Shown: positions 8,901 through 21,825, counted from the stretch's first letter. The stretch is 52,052 nt of DNA from Pyrinomonadaceae bacterium (GCA_046313635.1 JBKBYA010000001.1:504189-556240), one strand, 5' to 3'. Notes: generated by a model not told the origin, from the sequence alone. Made by a program: numbers and translations.

Positions 8901-10303
8901 ACGAAACTTCGCCGATCGCAAGATCAAACGTCTCGCCGTCGCCCGGGCTGGCGGTCGTCGTGCTGCTGTGCGTGACGATGTTTGCCGCGTGTCTCGCCTA
9001 CGGCGGCGTCGATACCGGGATGCTCGCGGCCCTGTCGACGCTGTCGGCGGTGACCGTGCTCGTCTGGGCCTGGACGGCCGTGCGCGCCGGCACGCTCGAT
9101 CTCAAAACGAGTCCGCTGCAATTGCCGCTCGTCGCGCTTGCGGCGATCGGTATAGTGCAGCTTTTGCCGCTCGGCGACGCGGGCATCGCCGCCGGAACGA
9201 TCGCCGTCGAGCCCGCGGCGGCCCTCTCGTTCGAGCCGTACGCGACGCGGCTCTTTTTGGCGAGACTCGTCCTCTACATCATCTTTTTTGCCGCGGCGCT
9301 GACGTGGGTCAACAGCGAGCGGCGTCTGAAAGCGGTTGCGGCGGCGATCGTCGCATTCGGCGCGGCGATAGCCTTCTTCGGCATTCTGCAGTGGCTCGCA
9401 AAGCCGGCAGCGATCTACGGGCTGCGGGCCTCGCCGCAGGCGATACCTTTCGGGCCGTACGTTAATCAGCATCACTTTGCCGCGCTGATGGAAATGACGT
9501 CGGGCGTCGCGCTCGGTCTGCTGTTTGGCGGGGCGCTTCACCGCAGCCGCGTGCCGCTGCTCGTCGCGGCGGTGATCGTGATGGGCACGGCGATCGTGAT
9601 GACCGGCTCGCGGGGCGGAATGATCAGCTTCATCGGTGTCGCCGCCTTCGGCATCGCGGGCGGGCTGATGACGCGGCGCCGCCATGGCCGGGCCGAGGCC
9701 TCGCGCACGTCGAGCGGCCGGCTCCTCGCCGTCGCGGGCGGCATCGCGCTCGTGCTGCTGATCGCCGGCCTCGCAGTCTTTCTCGGCGGCGCCGAGTCTC
9801 TGCTTCGAGGAACAGGCCTGACCGGCGGTACAGGCGACGTGACGAGCGGCCGCGGCCATTTCTGGCGGACCGGTCTCAAAATCTTTTTGGACCATCCGCT
9901 GCTCGGGACGGGGCTCGATGCCTTCGGCACGGCCTTTACACGCTACGACACGACGAGCGGCGCGTTTCGCGTCGAGCAGGCGCACAACGATTATCTGCAG
10001 ATACTCTGCGACGCGGGCGTCGCGGGTTTTGTCTGCGTCGCGGCGTTCATTTATCTGCTCTTTTCGGCGGGATTCAGAACCATCGTGAACGCCGGCTCCA
10101 AACTGCGGGCGAGCGTCGCCGTCGGGGCACTGGCGGGATGTCTCGGTATCGCCATCCACAGCTTTTTTGACTTTCCGCTGCGGACGCCGGCGAACGCATA
10201 TTTCTTCTTGATGCTGGCCACGCTCGCGGTCGCAAGGGTCGCGACGCCGGACAAGGATGGCCGGCATCGTCGCGGGCATTCGACCGGCGCGGCCGCGTAT
10301 TGA
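8897..10303 (+). CDS. O-antigen ligase (Wzy_C) family membrane protein
   Basis: Multiple transmembrane segments; YVNQHHFA, TGSRGG, PLLGTG and AHNDYLQ motifs; ATGA overlap with the upstream stop. Confidence 0.85.
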   Translation: MNETSPIARSNVSPSPGLAVVVLLCVTMFAACLAYGGVDTGMLAALSTLSAVTVLVWAWTAVRAGTLDLKTSPLQLPLVALAAIGIVQLLPLGDAGIAAGTIAVEPAAALSFEPYATRLFLARLVLYIIFFAAALTWVNSERRLKAVAAAIVAFGAAIAFFGILQWLAKPAAIYGLRASPQAIPFGPYVNQHHFAALMEMTSGVALGLLFGGALHRSRVPLLVAAVIVMGTAIVMTGSRGGMISFIGVAAFGIAGGLMTRRRHGRAEASRTSSGRLLAVAGGIALVLLIAGLAVFLGGAESLLRGTGLTGGTGDVTSGRGHFWRTGLKIFLDHPLLGTGLDAFGTAFTRYDTTSGAFRVEQAHNDYLQILCDAGVAGFVCVAAFIYLLFSAGFRTIVNAGSKLRASVAVGALAGCLGIAIHSFFDFPLRTPANAYFFLMLATLAVARVATPDKDGRHRRGHSTGAAAY

Positions 10304-10307
10304 TCGC

Positions 10308-13300
10308 TCAACGTACGTCGACCGAGATCTCGCGCTTTCCGCAGGGAGCCTCGAACCGCACAGAGTACAGTCCGCTCCTTTCGCTGATCGACTTGACCAT
10401 AAAAAGCAGACGGCCCTTGATGCCTTCGATCTCGGGTTCTCGTGTCACGGCTATGTCGTCGGGGCTGACGGCCGCGGCGGTGACGCTGTCAAGCTCGCCG
10501 CCCTCGACGCCGACCAGCACGCCGAGGCTGCCGCCGTTGGCGACGAGCCGAAGCCTTGCATCGCTGACGGTGATCCTGCACGGCGGCATGCCGGCCTGCT
10601 GAACGTCTTTGCCGCGGATCACTCTCGGACGAGCTTCGCCGGCCGCGAGCCTGTCGACGATCTCGAGGCGCGCCGCGGGCTCGGCGTCGGGAGCCGGTCT
10701 CGTGTCGGGCTCGTCACGCTTCTGGGCCGATGCCGAACCTGGAACCGTGATGACGATCGGTTCAAAAAGCTGCTTTGCGACGGCCGCCGTCTGAGCCTCT
10801 TGCCGCGCGGTCTTGCTGCCCGCGAGGTTATCGGTGACGACGACCCTGGGCGCGGCGGCGGCCTTGTCGGCGGGCGCCCTTGTCTTGACGGTCGGTGACG
10901 CATCGGCAGCGGGCAAGGCCGCGCGCTCTTCGGGCGTCGGGGTCGGAGACGGAGCTTCCGCTGCCGGTGAGGGCTCGACCTGCGGCGCGGGCGTCGCGGC
11001 CGGCTCTGCCGGCGGCTCGGGTGTGGGCGTCGGTGCGGCCGGGGTCTCGCTCGGCGTCGGCGAAGCGCTCGGCTCGGGCGAAACGCTCGGCTCGGGCGAA
11101 GGCACAGGTGAACTCTCGGTCGCGGGCGAAGCTGCCGGCGACGGCGCGGCGTCGGGGACAGGCGTGCCTGCCGGTGAAGGCGACGGCAAGGTCTCGGGGT
11201 CGGTCTTGGGCGGCTGCAAAGGCTCGACCGTCGGCGTGGGCGTCGGCGCCGGTTCGGGCGACGGCTGCGGGGTCGCTGCGACGGCCGGCGCCGCATTCGA
11301 CTCCGGCTCGCCGGCGGGCCGCGCGACCGGAAGTGCGCTCGGCATTCGAAAAGTCGGCGGCGGAGCGTCGGTAGCCGTCCGCGGCGCCGCTGCGGCCGGT
11401 GCGGGCGAGGGCTGCTGCGCGAGCGTCTGCGTCGCCGCGGGCGAGAGCGGGTCGCGACCGACGAGCGCTTCGAGTCCCTGCGTCGAGCCCTTGAGGCGTT
11501 TGTAGAGCGATTCGATCACAAAGTAGCGGCCGGCGTCGGGCTTGTCGATGCTGTAGCTCTTGATGTAGCTCTCGAGCGCCTCTTTTTCGCTGCCGCTCGC
11601 CTCGAGCGCGGCGCCGAGCCGCCACATGCTCGAGCGCCACCAGGCGCTCTTAGGCGGCAGGACGCTCACCGCGCGGCGCAGTCGTACGACGGCTTCGGCC
11701 GCATCGTTCCGCTGCAGCAGTGCCCAGCCTGCAAGCTCCTCGACGCGGCCGCGAAGTATCGCAGAGAGCGTCTGCTTTGGCACGTCTGGGACGCGGAGAA
11801 ATTCATCGCGGCTCTCTGCCAGAGCGCGCGCATCGTAGAGCTCGCTCGCCATCACGGCCGCGGCGGCATTCGGCAGTTCGAGCGCCGGGTCGGTGCTCCC
11901 GATGGCCGCCCGGGCCAGTTCGAGAGCCTTGTCGGCGGCGACCTTTTTATCGAGCAGCGTCGAGGCGGCGTAGAGCTGGCGGTGGACCTTCATCGCGTCG
12001 TCGCCGGCGACGAACGCGTCGGCCGCCGCGGCGATCGTCTCGACACTCGGCTCTTTGACGCCGATCCGCGAATGGAAAGCAAGCAGAGCTTTCATCCTCG
12101 CGGCGGTCTCGGCGTCATCCGCGGCCGCAGGCTCGAGCGTGCTCGCACGGCGCTCGCCCGAGAGCAGCTCGATAAAGTCCGGTGCGGCACGCTCGACGCG
12201 GCCGCCGAGCTTTGTCACGACCTGACCGGCATCGTTAACGGCAAAGCTCTTTTGCAGCTCCTCGGCCGCCTCGCGAAAAAATCCCGCGCGAAATCGCGCC
12301 GCCGCGATCTCGTAATCCAGCGTCGGGAAGCGGCCGTACCGCCGGGCCCGCAGCAGCTCCTCTTCGGCGTCGACGGGCCGGTTCTGCGCCATCAGGCTGC
12401 GGCCGAGCGCGATGTGCGACCAGATGTAGCGAGGCTCGAGCGCGATCGCCCGGCGGGCGAGCTCCTCGCCCTTGTCGCCGGCGCCGTGCGCGGCGTACCA
12501 GTAGGCCGCGCCGGCGAGGAGGATCAGGTTGTTCGGATTTTGCTCGAGGTAGGCCGCCATTTCGGTCTCGGCGTCGGCACGCCTGCCCGCGTCAAAGAGC
12601 GAGAGGACGAGACCGGTTCGAGACTGGTTGTCGGAGGCGTCGGCGGCGACGAGCTCGCGAAAGATCTCGGCCGCCTCGTCGGCCCTGCCGAGCGCGCGCT
12701 TCATCTCGGCGAGCGAGCGCTTGTACGTCCGCGACGCGGGGTCGAGCTCGACCGCCTTTTGGAATGCGGCCGCCGCGTCGTCGAGCTGGAAGTTCAAACG
12801 CCGCGCCATCCCGAACGTTTGGTACGCGGACGGCGAAGCCGGGTCGAGGGCGACCGCCTTCTCTGCCAGTCGGAGCCCGGCCTCGCCGTTCTCGATGCCG
12901 AGATAGAAGGTCGCGAGGGCGGCGAGCTGCGAGGCATTAGCTGCGATCTTGCTCTCGAGCTGCGCGGCGATCTGCAAGGCTTCGGCGCGGTAGCCGCGCC
13001 AGAAGAGTATGTTCGGCGCCTTGCCGAGCGACTCCGTAAAGAGCTTGTCGGGAACGGTGTCAGCGAGCGCTTCGATCGCGATCTTGTAATACGTCGCGGC
13101 ATCGGCGAGCGAACCGGCCGCGAGCTTTTCGTCGCCGGCCGCGGCCGCGGTCGTCGCGAGGATCTCGCGGGCCTCCGCGATGCGTTCAGACCCGGGACGA
13201 TCGAGCAGGAAGATCTGCAGGGCCGCGATCTTCTCGTCCGCGTTTGCGATCTCCGAGGCCTTCTGCAGAGCGGCTGCGTCGTCTTCTGCGGAGGCTGCCC

Positions 13301-13454
13301 GCGTCGTCTTAGTGGGCGGCACGGGCCGCTTTTTCGCAGGCGGCGAGGCGGCATTGGTCCGCGGCCTTGGCGTCGATGTCGGGCGAGTTTGCGAGGCGGC
13401 GGCGATCGGTAAGAGGAGCGCTCCCGCGGCTGCCGTGATTGCCAGGATCTTCAT
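10308..13454 (-). CDS. Secreted TPR-repeat protein with a long Pro/Ala/Ser/Thr-rich linker
   Basis: Signal peptide; repeated A..LDP/LEP TPR ends; PSPEP/PTPTP low-complexity region. Confidence 0.8.
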   Translation of the reverse strand: MKILAITAAAGALLLPIAAASQTRPTSTPRPRTNAASPPAKKRPVPPTKTTRAASAEDDAAALQKASEIANADEKIAALQIFLLDRPGSERIAEAREILATTAAAAGDEKLAAGSLADAATYYKIAIEALADTVPDKLFTESLGKAPNILFWRGYRAEALQIAAQLESKIAANASQLAALATFYLGIENGEAGLRLAEKAVALDPASPSAYQTFGMARRLNFQLDDAAAAFQKAVELDPASRTYKRSLAEMKRALGRADEAAEIFRELVAADASDNQSRTGLVLSLFDAGRRADAETEMAAYLEQNPNNLILLAGAAYWYAAHGAGDKGEELARRAIALEPRYIWSHIALGRSLMAQNRPVDAEEELLRARRYGRFPTLDYEIAAARFRAGFFREAAEELQKSFAVNDAGQVVTKLGGRVERAAPDFIELLSGERRASTLEPAAADDAETAARMKALLAFHSRIGVKEPSVETIAAAADAFVAGDDAMKVHRQLYAASTLLDKKVAADKALELARAAIGSTDPALELPNAAAAVMASELYDARALAESRDEFLRVPDVPKQTLSAILRGRVEELAGWALLQRNDAAEAVVRLRRAVSVLPPKSAWWRSSMWRLGAALEASGSEKEALESYIKSYSIDKPDAGRYFVIESLYKRLKGSTQGLEALVGRDPLSPAATQTLAQQPSPAPAAAAPRTATDAPPPTFRMPSALPVARPAGEPESNAAPAVAATPQPSPEPAPTPTPTVEPLQPPKTDPETLPSPSPAGTPVPDAAPSPAASPATESSPVPSPEPSVSPEPSASPTPSETPAAPTPTPEPPAEPAATPAPQVEPSPAAEAPSPTPTPEERAALPAADASPTVKTRAPADKAAAAPRVVVTDNLAGSKTARQEAQTAAVAKQLFEPIVITVPGSASAQKRDEPDTRPAPDAEPAARLEIVDRLAAGEARPRVIRGKDVQQAGMPPCRITVSDARLRLVANGGSLGVLVGVEGGELDSVTAAAVSPDDIAVTREPEIEGIKGRLLFMVKSISERSGLYSVRFEAPCGKREISVDVR

Positions 13455-13563
13455 AAAACAGTGTAAAGAGATCGCCGTTCGGAACGGCCTTTACCGCGAG
13501 AAAATGGTATGTAAAATGATACCACGACTCCGCGGACGCCTCTCTCGACCGGCCGATCGCATC

Positions 13564-14091
13564 ATGCTCGACGACGACGACAATAACTGGACTGCCGTAT
13601 TCCGATCCGCCGAGGAGCAGCTGCGCGACAGCGGACGCGTCGACCTCGCGGATTACGTCTCGCTCCGGGCGGCGAATGACGCGGTCAGGGAAAAGGCCGT
13701 CGCCTGGCTCTTTAACGCCGTCTCGGCCGTCGCCGGCGAGGCGAATCGACGCGATCTCGCGATCGCGATCGAGCGGAGCGAGTCTCACAGTTTTGAGTTT
13801 CGCGGTGCGAATATCGTTGGCTCGCTGACGCGGCTGCGGCAGGGCGTACGAGCGATGACCGTCGAGGCCGGCTGGCCGAGGGTGCCGTCCGACGGCTTCA
13901 TTCGCGGCAACGCGCTGGCGGTGGCGCGGGTGCGGCATTTCGGGATGCGCGAGCACGACGCCGACCTGCTGCTGTCGCGATTCGAGGGCGTGCCGATCTG
14001 GTTCGCCGACGCGGGCGGCGGGCGGCGCGAGGAGTTTCATCTCGGCGAGCTGCTGCGGCACTTTGCCGTATTCGTCGGTCTGCAAAGCTGA
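13564..14091 (+). CDS. Hypothetical protein
   Basis: ORF with typical codon usage filling the gap between two genes; start uncertain (13504-13564). Confidence 0.6.
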   Translation: MLDDDDNNWTAVFRSAEEQLRDSGRVDLADYVSLRAANDAVREKAVAWLFNAVSAVAGEANRRDLAIAIERSESHSFEFRGANIVGSLTRLRQGVRAMTVEAGWPRVPSDGFIRGNALAVARVRHFGMREHDADLLLSRFEGVPIWFADAGGGRREEFHLGELLRHFAVFVGLQS

Positions 14092-14184
14092 GATCGGCCG
14101 GAAGGCACGTTTTGGGAAACACACTTCGGTTGGTTACAATCGAGGTTCGGGCCAATTTTCGTTATCTCCCGGGAGTCATCAGCA

Positions 14185-14925
14185 GTGAGAGCAGAACTCG
14201 AAAAGTTAATTGAATTGCAAAAGACGGATACCAACATTCGTCGATTGAAAAGATCCATAGATACATCTCAGCAGAGGCGTGCCGAAATCGAACAAGAGTT
14301 TGAGAAGCACGCCTTTTCTATTCGTCAGATCCAGGACCGCCGCGACCAGCTCAAGGCCGATCGCGCGGACCTCGAAAAACAGATCGCCGAGAACAAGACC
14401 TATCTCGAGCGCGCCGAGCGAAACCTCAAGCACGCGCAGAACCAGAAAGAGTACGAGACCGCGATGCGCGAGATCGACGCTCTGCAAAAGCAGATCGGGC
14501 AATTCGAGACGCAGATCGTCGAAAAGATGTCGGCCGTCGAGGAGGTCGAGAAGGAGCTCGAGGAGCGGGCCGACGAGATCAATACGCTCGACGCCAAGCG
14601 CGACGAGGCGCTTGCCGAGTTTGACGCCGAGGTCGAGCGAGCCCGCGAGCAGCTCGGCACCGAGACCGCTAGGCGTCACGAGGTCTTTGTCACGCTCCCG
14701 GACCGGCTCGCGGCCGTTTACAACCGACTCGCGCAGCGGAGCCGCGACGGCATCGCGGTCGCCGAGGTCGTCAACGGCGGCTGCAGCGCATGCTTTATGG
14801 CGCTGCGTCCGCAGATGCTCGTCGAGGTCAAAAAGGGCGAGCAGATCATCACCTGCGAGAGCTGCACGCGGATCTTGTACGTCGCCGGCACCAACGAGTC
14901 AAAGGCCGCAAGCAGCGAGGGCTAG
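14185..14925 (+). CDS. Coiled-coil protein with a C4 zinc ribbon (DUF164/CT398-like)
   Basis: L..LQ..D start, long coiled coil, then CSAC...CESCTRIL. Confidence 0.88.
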   Translation: MRAELEKLIELQKTDTNIRRLKRSIDTSQQRRAEIEQEFEKHAFSIRQIQDRRDQLKADRADLEKQIAENKTYLERAERNLKHAQNQKEYETAMREIDALQKQIGQFETQIVEKMSAVEEVEKELEERADEINTLDAKRDEALAEFDAEVERAREQLGTETARRHEVFVTLPDRLAAVYNRLAQRSRDGIAVAEVVNGGCSACFMALRPQMLVEVKKGEQIITCESCTRILYVAGTNESKAASSEG

Positions 14926-15012
14926 GATCTTCGCCGCTCGTCCGTTAAGCTAGACGGCGTGTCGAACTAAACGTTCGGCACGCCGCTTCACTTTTTCCCC
15001 GCACACTCCGAT

Positions 15013-15585
15013 ATGTCAAAACATCTTCTGACCCTTGCCGCCGTCCTTTTTTCGCCCATCGCGCTGCTCGCGCAGCAGGGCAAGAGCAACGACCAGATCG
15101 CCGCGCAGATAAGATCTCTCGGGGTCGAAAAAGAGATCTCGGTCACCTTTGACAGCTCGGGCGGCACGTCGCGGATCAAGGCCGTGACGGAGAATTTTAA
15201 GCAGAAAGAAACCGACGCGGCCGGGCTCATGGCGATGAACTTCGCGCTTGGATCCTTTTATCCCGGCAGTGCTCTCCAGACGTCTCCCGAGCGTCTGATG
15301 CTCTCTATGTGGGCGATGTCCAAACGGCCGCGATTCGCCGACGATCACAAGCTCGTCGTCGAGCTCGGCGGCGAGGCGATCGACCTCGGCCAGGGCCGCT
15401 ACACGCCGAAGCCGCAGCAGAATATGGAGTATCTGAATTACGAGATAACGCGGCAGGACCTCGCGTCGATCGCCGGCGGCAGCGGCGCGGTGTTCCGGAT
15501 CGGCAAGCACGCCTTTACGCTCACGTCCGAGCAGCTCAAGGTCATCAAGGCCCTGGTGAATATCACCGACGTAAATTCAAAGTAA
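15013..15585 (+). CDS. Hypothetical secreted protein
   Basis: Signal-peptide-like N-terminus; normal codon usage. Confidence 0.7.
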   Translation: MSKHLLTLAAVLFSPIALLAQQGKSNDQIAAQIRSLGVEKEISVTFDSSGGTSRIKAVTENFKQKETDAAGLMAMNFALGSFYPGSALQTSPERLMLSMWAMSKRPRFADDHKLVVELGGEAIDLGQGRYTPKPQQNMEYLNYEITRQDLASIAGGSGAVFRIGKHAFTLTSEQLKVIKALVNITDVNSK

Positions 15586-15614
15586 GATCCTCGGGAGTTC
15601 GCTAAGTCTGCCGC

Positions 15615-15731
15615 CTCTGCGAAAGCTCTGCGTCCTCTGCGTTGGAAACTGCGACGAGGTCTTATTAAACGCAGAAAACGCAGAGGTTTACGCGAGAGAC
15701 CGCTGAGGCGGAACGCAGAGGATCGCGGAGA
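15615..15731. repeat. Inverted repeat built from CTCTGCG / CGCAGAG subunits, between convergent genes
   Basis: ctctgcgaaagctctgcgtcctctgcgtt versus aacgcagaaaacgcagagg... and aacgcagaggatcgcggagag. Confidence 0.75.
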
Positions 15732-15748
15732 GCACGGTCGCGGAATAT

Positions 15749-17524
15749 CTACTTTGTCCACTCGTCGGCGATCGAGACGTCGACGATCACGGGCACCTTT
15801 TTTACAAACTCTTCGCCGGCATCGCACATCGCTTTTCGTAAACGTTCGGCGGTCGCGTCGGCCTCGGCGGCGTCGCACTCGACGATGATCTCGTCGTGAA
15901 CGATGTTTATAAGCCGGGCCGACGTACCGCGAATGTCGTCGTGCAGCAGCCGAAGCGCGCGCTTGAGAATGTCGGCCGAAGTTCCCTGTATCGGCATATT
16001 GACGCCGTAGCGACGCGCGGCGGCGACGGCCTGGCGGTCGTTCTCGTCAAAGCGAAGGCGAAGCATGCGGCCGCTCGCCGTGCGTGCGACGCGTTCGGTA
16101 ACGACGCTCGAACCTGACCTGCGAAGATACTCGTCCATTCCGGGATAGGTCGCGAAATACTTGCGCATCGTATTCTCCGCGTCGATCTGCGACAGTCCGG
16201 TCATCATCGCAAACCGCGACGCGCCGATGCCGTAAACGACGCCGAAGTTGAGCCGCTTGGCAAACGAACGCTGGTCAGGCGTCACCGCATCGGGCCCGAC
16301 GCCGAAGACTTGCGCCGCCGTCATCGAGTGAAAGTCCTGCCCCGAGAGAAACGCATCGATAAAGGCGCGGTCACCCGAAAAGTCGGCGAGGATGCGCAGC
16401 TCGATCTGCGAGTAGTCGGCGATGACGAGCTTTTTGCCCTCGGGCGCGCGAAAGCAGCGGCGATATTCGGGCTCGTGCGGTATCTGCTGCAGGTTCGGGT
16501 TTGAGCACGAGAATCGACCCGTCGGTGCGCCGATCTGGCGAAAGTCTGCGTGGATGCGGCCGGTCTTGGGCTCGACGTACTCGAGAATGTTCTCGCCGAA
16601 GCTGCCGAGCTGCTTGGCTGCGGCGCGATATTCGAGCAGCTTTGCCACGACCGGATAATCCGCGGCGAGCGGCTGCAGCTGCCACGCGCGGGTCGATTCG
16701 GGAACGGGCACGCCAAGATTCTTGAGCGCGTCGGTGACCTGCTGCTGCGAGTCGAGGTTGATCTCGGCCCGGCCAAAGAGCGACGCCTGCGCGACGCCGG
16801 CCGAGAGCATCTCGAGCAGCTCGTCGGCCGCGCTCTCCTGCGCCTTGCGGGCCCTTTCGATCTGCTCGCGCCAGCGCGCGCTGTCGAGAAAGACGCCGTT
16901 CAACTCCATCTCGGCGATCGGCATCACGCACTCGAACTCGAGCGTCGCGACCCGCTCGAGCGAATCGTTCCTGAGCCGCTCGTCGAGCTTTGAATAGACC
17001 TGCGGCATGATCGCGGCGTCCTTGGCCGCGTACTCGACCTGCGAGTGCGACAGCTCGGCCGCCGACCAGTCGCTGACCTGCTCCGATTTGTCGAGCTCCA
17101 TCCCGAGAAAGTACTGCACGACGTCGGCCAGGCCGTGGCGGCGGTCTGTGTCGCCGGCGGCTATCAACTGGCTCGCGAGATACGTGTCGTAAACGCCGCC
17201 GAGCTCGACGCCGAGATGATGCCGGACCCATTTGGCGTCGAATTTTGCGTTGTGCGCGACCTTGAGCGGGCGTTCTGCGGTGAGCAGGCGGCGCAGCGGC
17301 TCGAGATCGGGCGACGACCGTAACGCCTCGCCCGAGCCAAAGGCGCGCAGGTCCACGACGCGCGTGCTGCGGCCGGTCGAGAACTGCACCAGACGCAGCT
17401 CGCCCTTGTACGGGTCGAGCTCGGTCGTCTCGGTGTCAAAGCCGAGCATCTCCTCGCCGGCGGCTTCCTCGCACACGCGGCGCAGCGATTCGGCGTCGCG
17501 TATCAGCTCAAAATAGACTTCCAT
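15749..17524 (-). CDS. Family A DNA polymerase with a 3'-5' exonuclease but no 5'-3' exonuclease domain
   Basis: Exo I FDTETT, Exo II HNAKFD, Exo III YAAKDA; polymerase motifs DYSQIELR, R..AK..NFG..YG and VHDEI; about 590 aa. Confidence 0.9.
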   Translation of the reverse strand: MEVYFELIRDAESLRRVCEEAAGEEMLGFDTETTELDPYKGELRLVQFSTGRSTRVVDLRAFGSGEALRSSPDLEPLRRLLTAERPLKVAHNAKFDAKWVRHHLGVELGGVYDTYLASQLIAAGDTDRRHGLADVVQYFLGMELDKSEQVSDWSAAELSHSQVEYAAKDAAIMPQVYSKLDERLRNDSLERVATLEFECVMPIAEMELNGVFLDSARWREQIERARKAQESAADELLEMLSAGVAQASLFGRAEINLDSQQQVTDALKNLGVPVPESTRAWQLQPLAADYPVVAKLLEYRAAAKQLGSFGENILEYVEPKTGRIHADFRQIGAPTGRFSCSNPNLQQIPHEPEYRRCFRAPEGKKLVIADYSQIELRILADFSGDRAFIDAFLSGQDFHSMTAAQVFGVGPDAVTPDQRSFAKRLNFGVVYGIGASRFAMMTGLSQIDAENTMRKYFATYPGMDEYLRRSGSSVVTERVARTASGRMLRLRFDENDRQAVAAARRYGVNMPIQGTSADILKRALRLLHDDIRGTSARLINIVHDEIIVECDAAEADATAERLRKAMCDAGEEFVKKVPVIVDVSIADEWTK

Positions 17525-17597
17525 CGTGATCGAAACAGGCTTACGTGACCTCAATTGTATCCGCCGCCGGAGGGCTTTAACAATTTAGGGTCCGGTT

Positions 17598-17625
17598 TTG
17601 CCGCCGCGTGCTTTTCGCATATACT
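17598..17625 (+). promoter_or_regulatory. Putative sigma70 promoter for the RNase E/G gene
   Basis: TTGCCG-N16-TATACT about 400 nt upstream of the ATG. Confidence 0.4.
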
Positions 17626-18023
17626 GAGTTAGGTTTGCGCCGGAGCTCGCCGTACGCGGCAGGCATGGCGGCAGATCGACGAGATTGTTGAACTGGCCGC
17701 AGCGGCGGTCGAGGATTTAGAGGTTGAGCACGATCGGCGGCAAAGAGGCCGCGATAGGTGCTCCCCGGCAAAAGGCCGAAACGGATACGACGCGGCCTTT
17801 GTATAAGAGATTCCTTTGGTGAAAACACTACTTTCCCCTCAAACGGCACCGCCCGCGGCTTGCCGGCAGGACCCAAGAGTACATTCACGCGGCGACCTCT
17901 TTACGCGCTGACCGATCAAACGCGGTCAGGCCACGGCTCTAGATCCACATTTAACATCGGATACAAACGGCGCCCGCGTGCCGGCATCGGGACGGCGGGC
18001 CCAAAATGTGAACGTTCTTACCT

Positions 18024-20732
<2,709 letters not shown>

Positions 20733-20758
20733 TCTCGAGCCGAATTCAAAAAAGCAAA

Positions 20759-20786
20759 AAGAGGCCGTCTGACAAGGCGGCCTCTT
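20759..20786. terminator. Hairpin terminator after rne
   Basis: aagaggccgtc-tgacaa-ggcggcctctt, flanked by A/T runs. Confidence 0.65.
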
Positions 20787-20943
20787 ATTCATTTGGTCGG
20801 TCGACGCGGCAAAGCCGCACGAGGAAGGCTGCCAGAAGCGGAAATGTAAAAGAGACTGCCTATTCAGAGTCAGCCTCTTTTCTTTGACCGCAAAAAAAGA
20901 TCTGCGTTTGGCGTGCCGACCGCGCGGCACCCGTTAACGAGAG

Positions 20944-21747
20944 CTAGAGCTTCAGATCCTTTTTGAGCTCTTTGGTGCTGTTCGGTTTGATAAAGATCGA
21001 GTCGGGTACCGGGCGGTTGAACTCGATCGATTCGTAATTGATCCGGGACGACTGTTTGCCGGCGGTGAAGCGGTCGATGATGAATGGTGCGGTGACGCCG
21101 CCGACGTCGATGAACTGCGCGTAGCGGTCCTCTTCGACGATCTCCTCGTTGTCGGCGCTGGTGCGCTTGTAAACGGCCTTTTGCGGTGTGCCGTCGTCGG
21201 CGAATTCGAATTCGACGGCAAAGCCGTCCTTGTAGGTCAGTCTGACGATGTCGTTGCGTTTGCCGAGCGTCGCGGGCCGGCGGCCGGCGTACGAGATCTC
21301 GGCGTCGCCGCGCCAATGGCCGCGGAGCAGATTGTCGAGACTTGTCCGCAGGCCTTGCTTGAAGTTCTCGATCTGCTTTTCATTCTGCACCTTGATCAGA
21401 TCCTGGTCGCCGTCATAGAGCCAGCCGGTCGAGCCTGTATTTACCTGCACCGTCTTTGAGCCCCCGCCTTTGAATTCGGTCCGTTCCTTGTCGGGAAAGA
21501 CGATCACGTCAACAAAGCTCTGAAACGACACGACCGCTCCGTCGCGGATCACGCTGAAGCGGCCGCGGCCGACCTGCGTCTTGACGGCGAGATAGCGCTC
21601 GCCGCCGAGTTTCGCGACGGCCTTTGCGATGATCGACCCGGCGGTCGGCGCGGGCCGAGTTTGACCGTGTGCTGCCAGCGCGGCAAATGCGATCAGCAGC
21701 GCAGGGGCTGAGGTAAGTCGGGCAAGCTGAGTAAAGATTCGGCTCAT
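20944..21747 (-). CDS. Secreted hypothetical protein, possibly LolA-like / outer-membrane lipoprotein-sorting fold
   Basis: Signal peptide; A..LGG..Y motif; beta-rich body; FN.PVPDSIF.KP end. Confidence 0.6.
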   Translation of the reverse strand: MSRIFTQLARLTSAPALLIAFAALAAHGQTRPAPTAGSIIAKAVAKLGGERYLAVKTQVGRGRFSVIRDGAVVSFQSFVDVIVFPDKERTEFKGGGSKTVQVNTGSTGWLYDGDQDLIKVQNEKQIENFKQGLRTSLDNLLRGHWRGDAEISYAGRRPATLGKRNDIVRLTYKDGFAVEFEFADDGTPQKAVYKRTSADNEEIVEEDRYAQFIDVGGVTAPFIIDRFTAGKQSSRINYESIEFNRPVPDSIFIKPNSTKELKKDLKL

Positions 21748-21825
21748 AAAAACGTGCGGCAGAATCGGGCCGGCCGCGGATTTGGATGCACGAGGCCCGC
21801 GTGAGGTTTTGCGCCCGCGGGCGGC

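Noticed and set aside
10900..11420. Short direct repeats in the TPR gene
   Set aside because: Ordinary Pro/Ser/Thr-rich linker coding sequence
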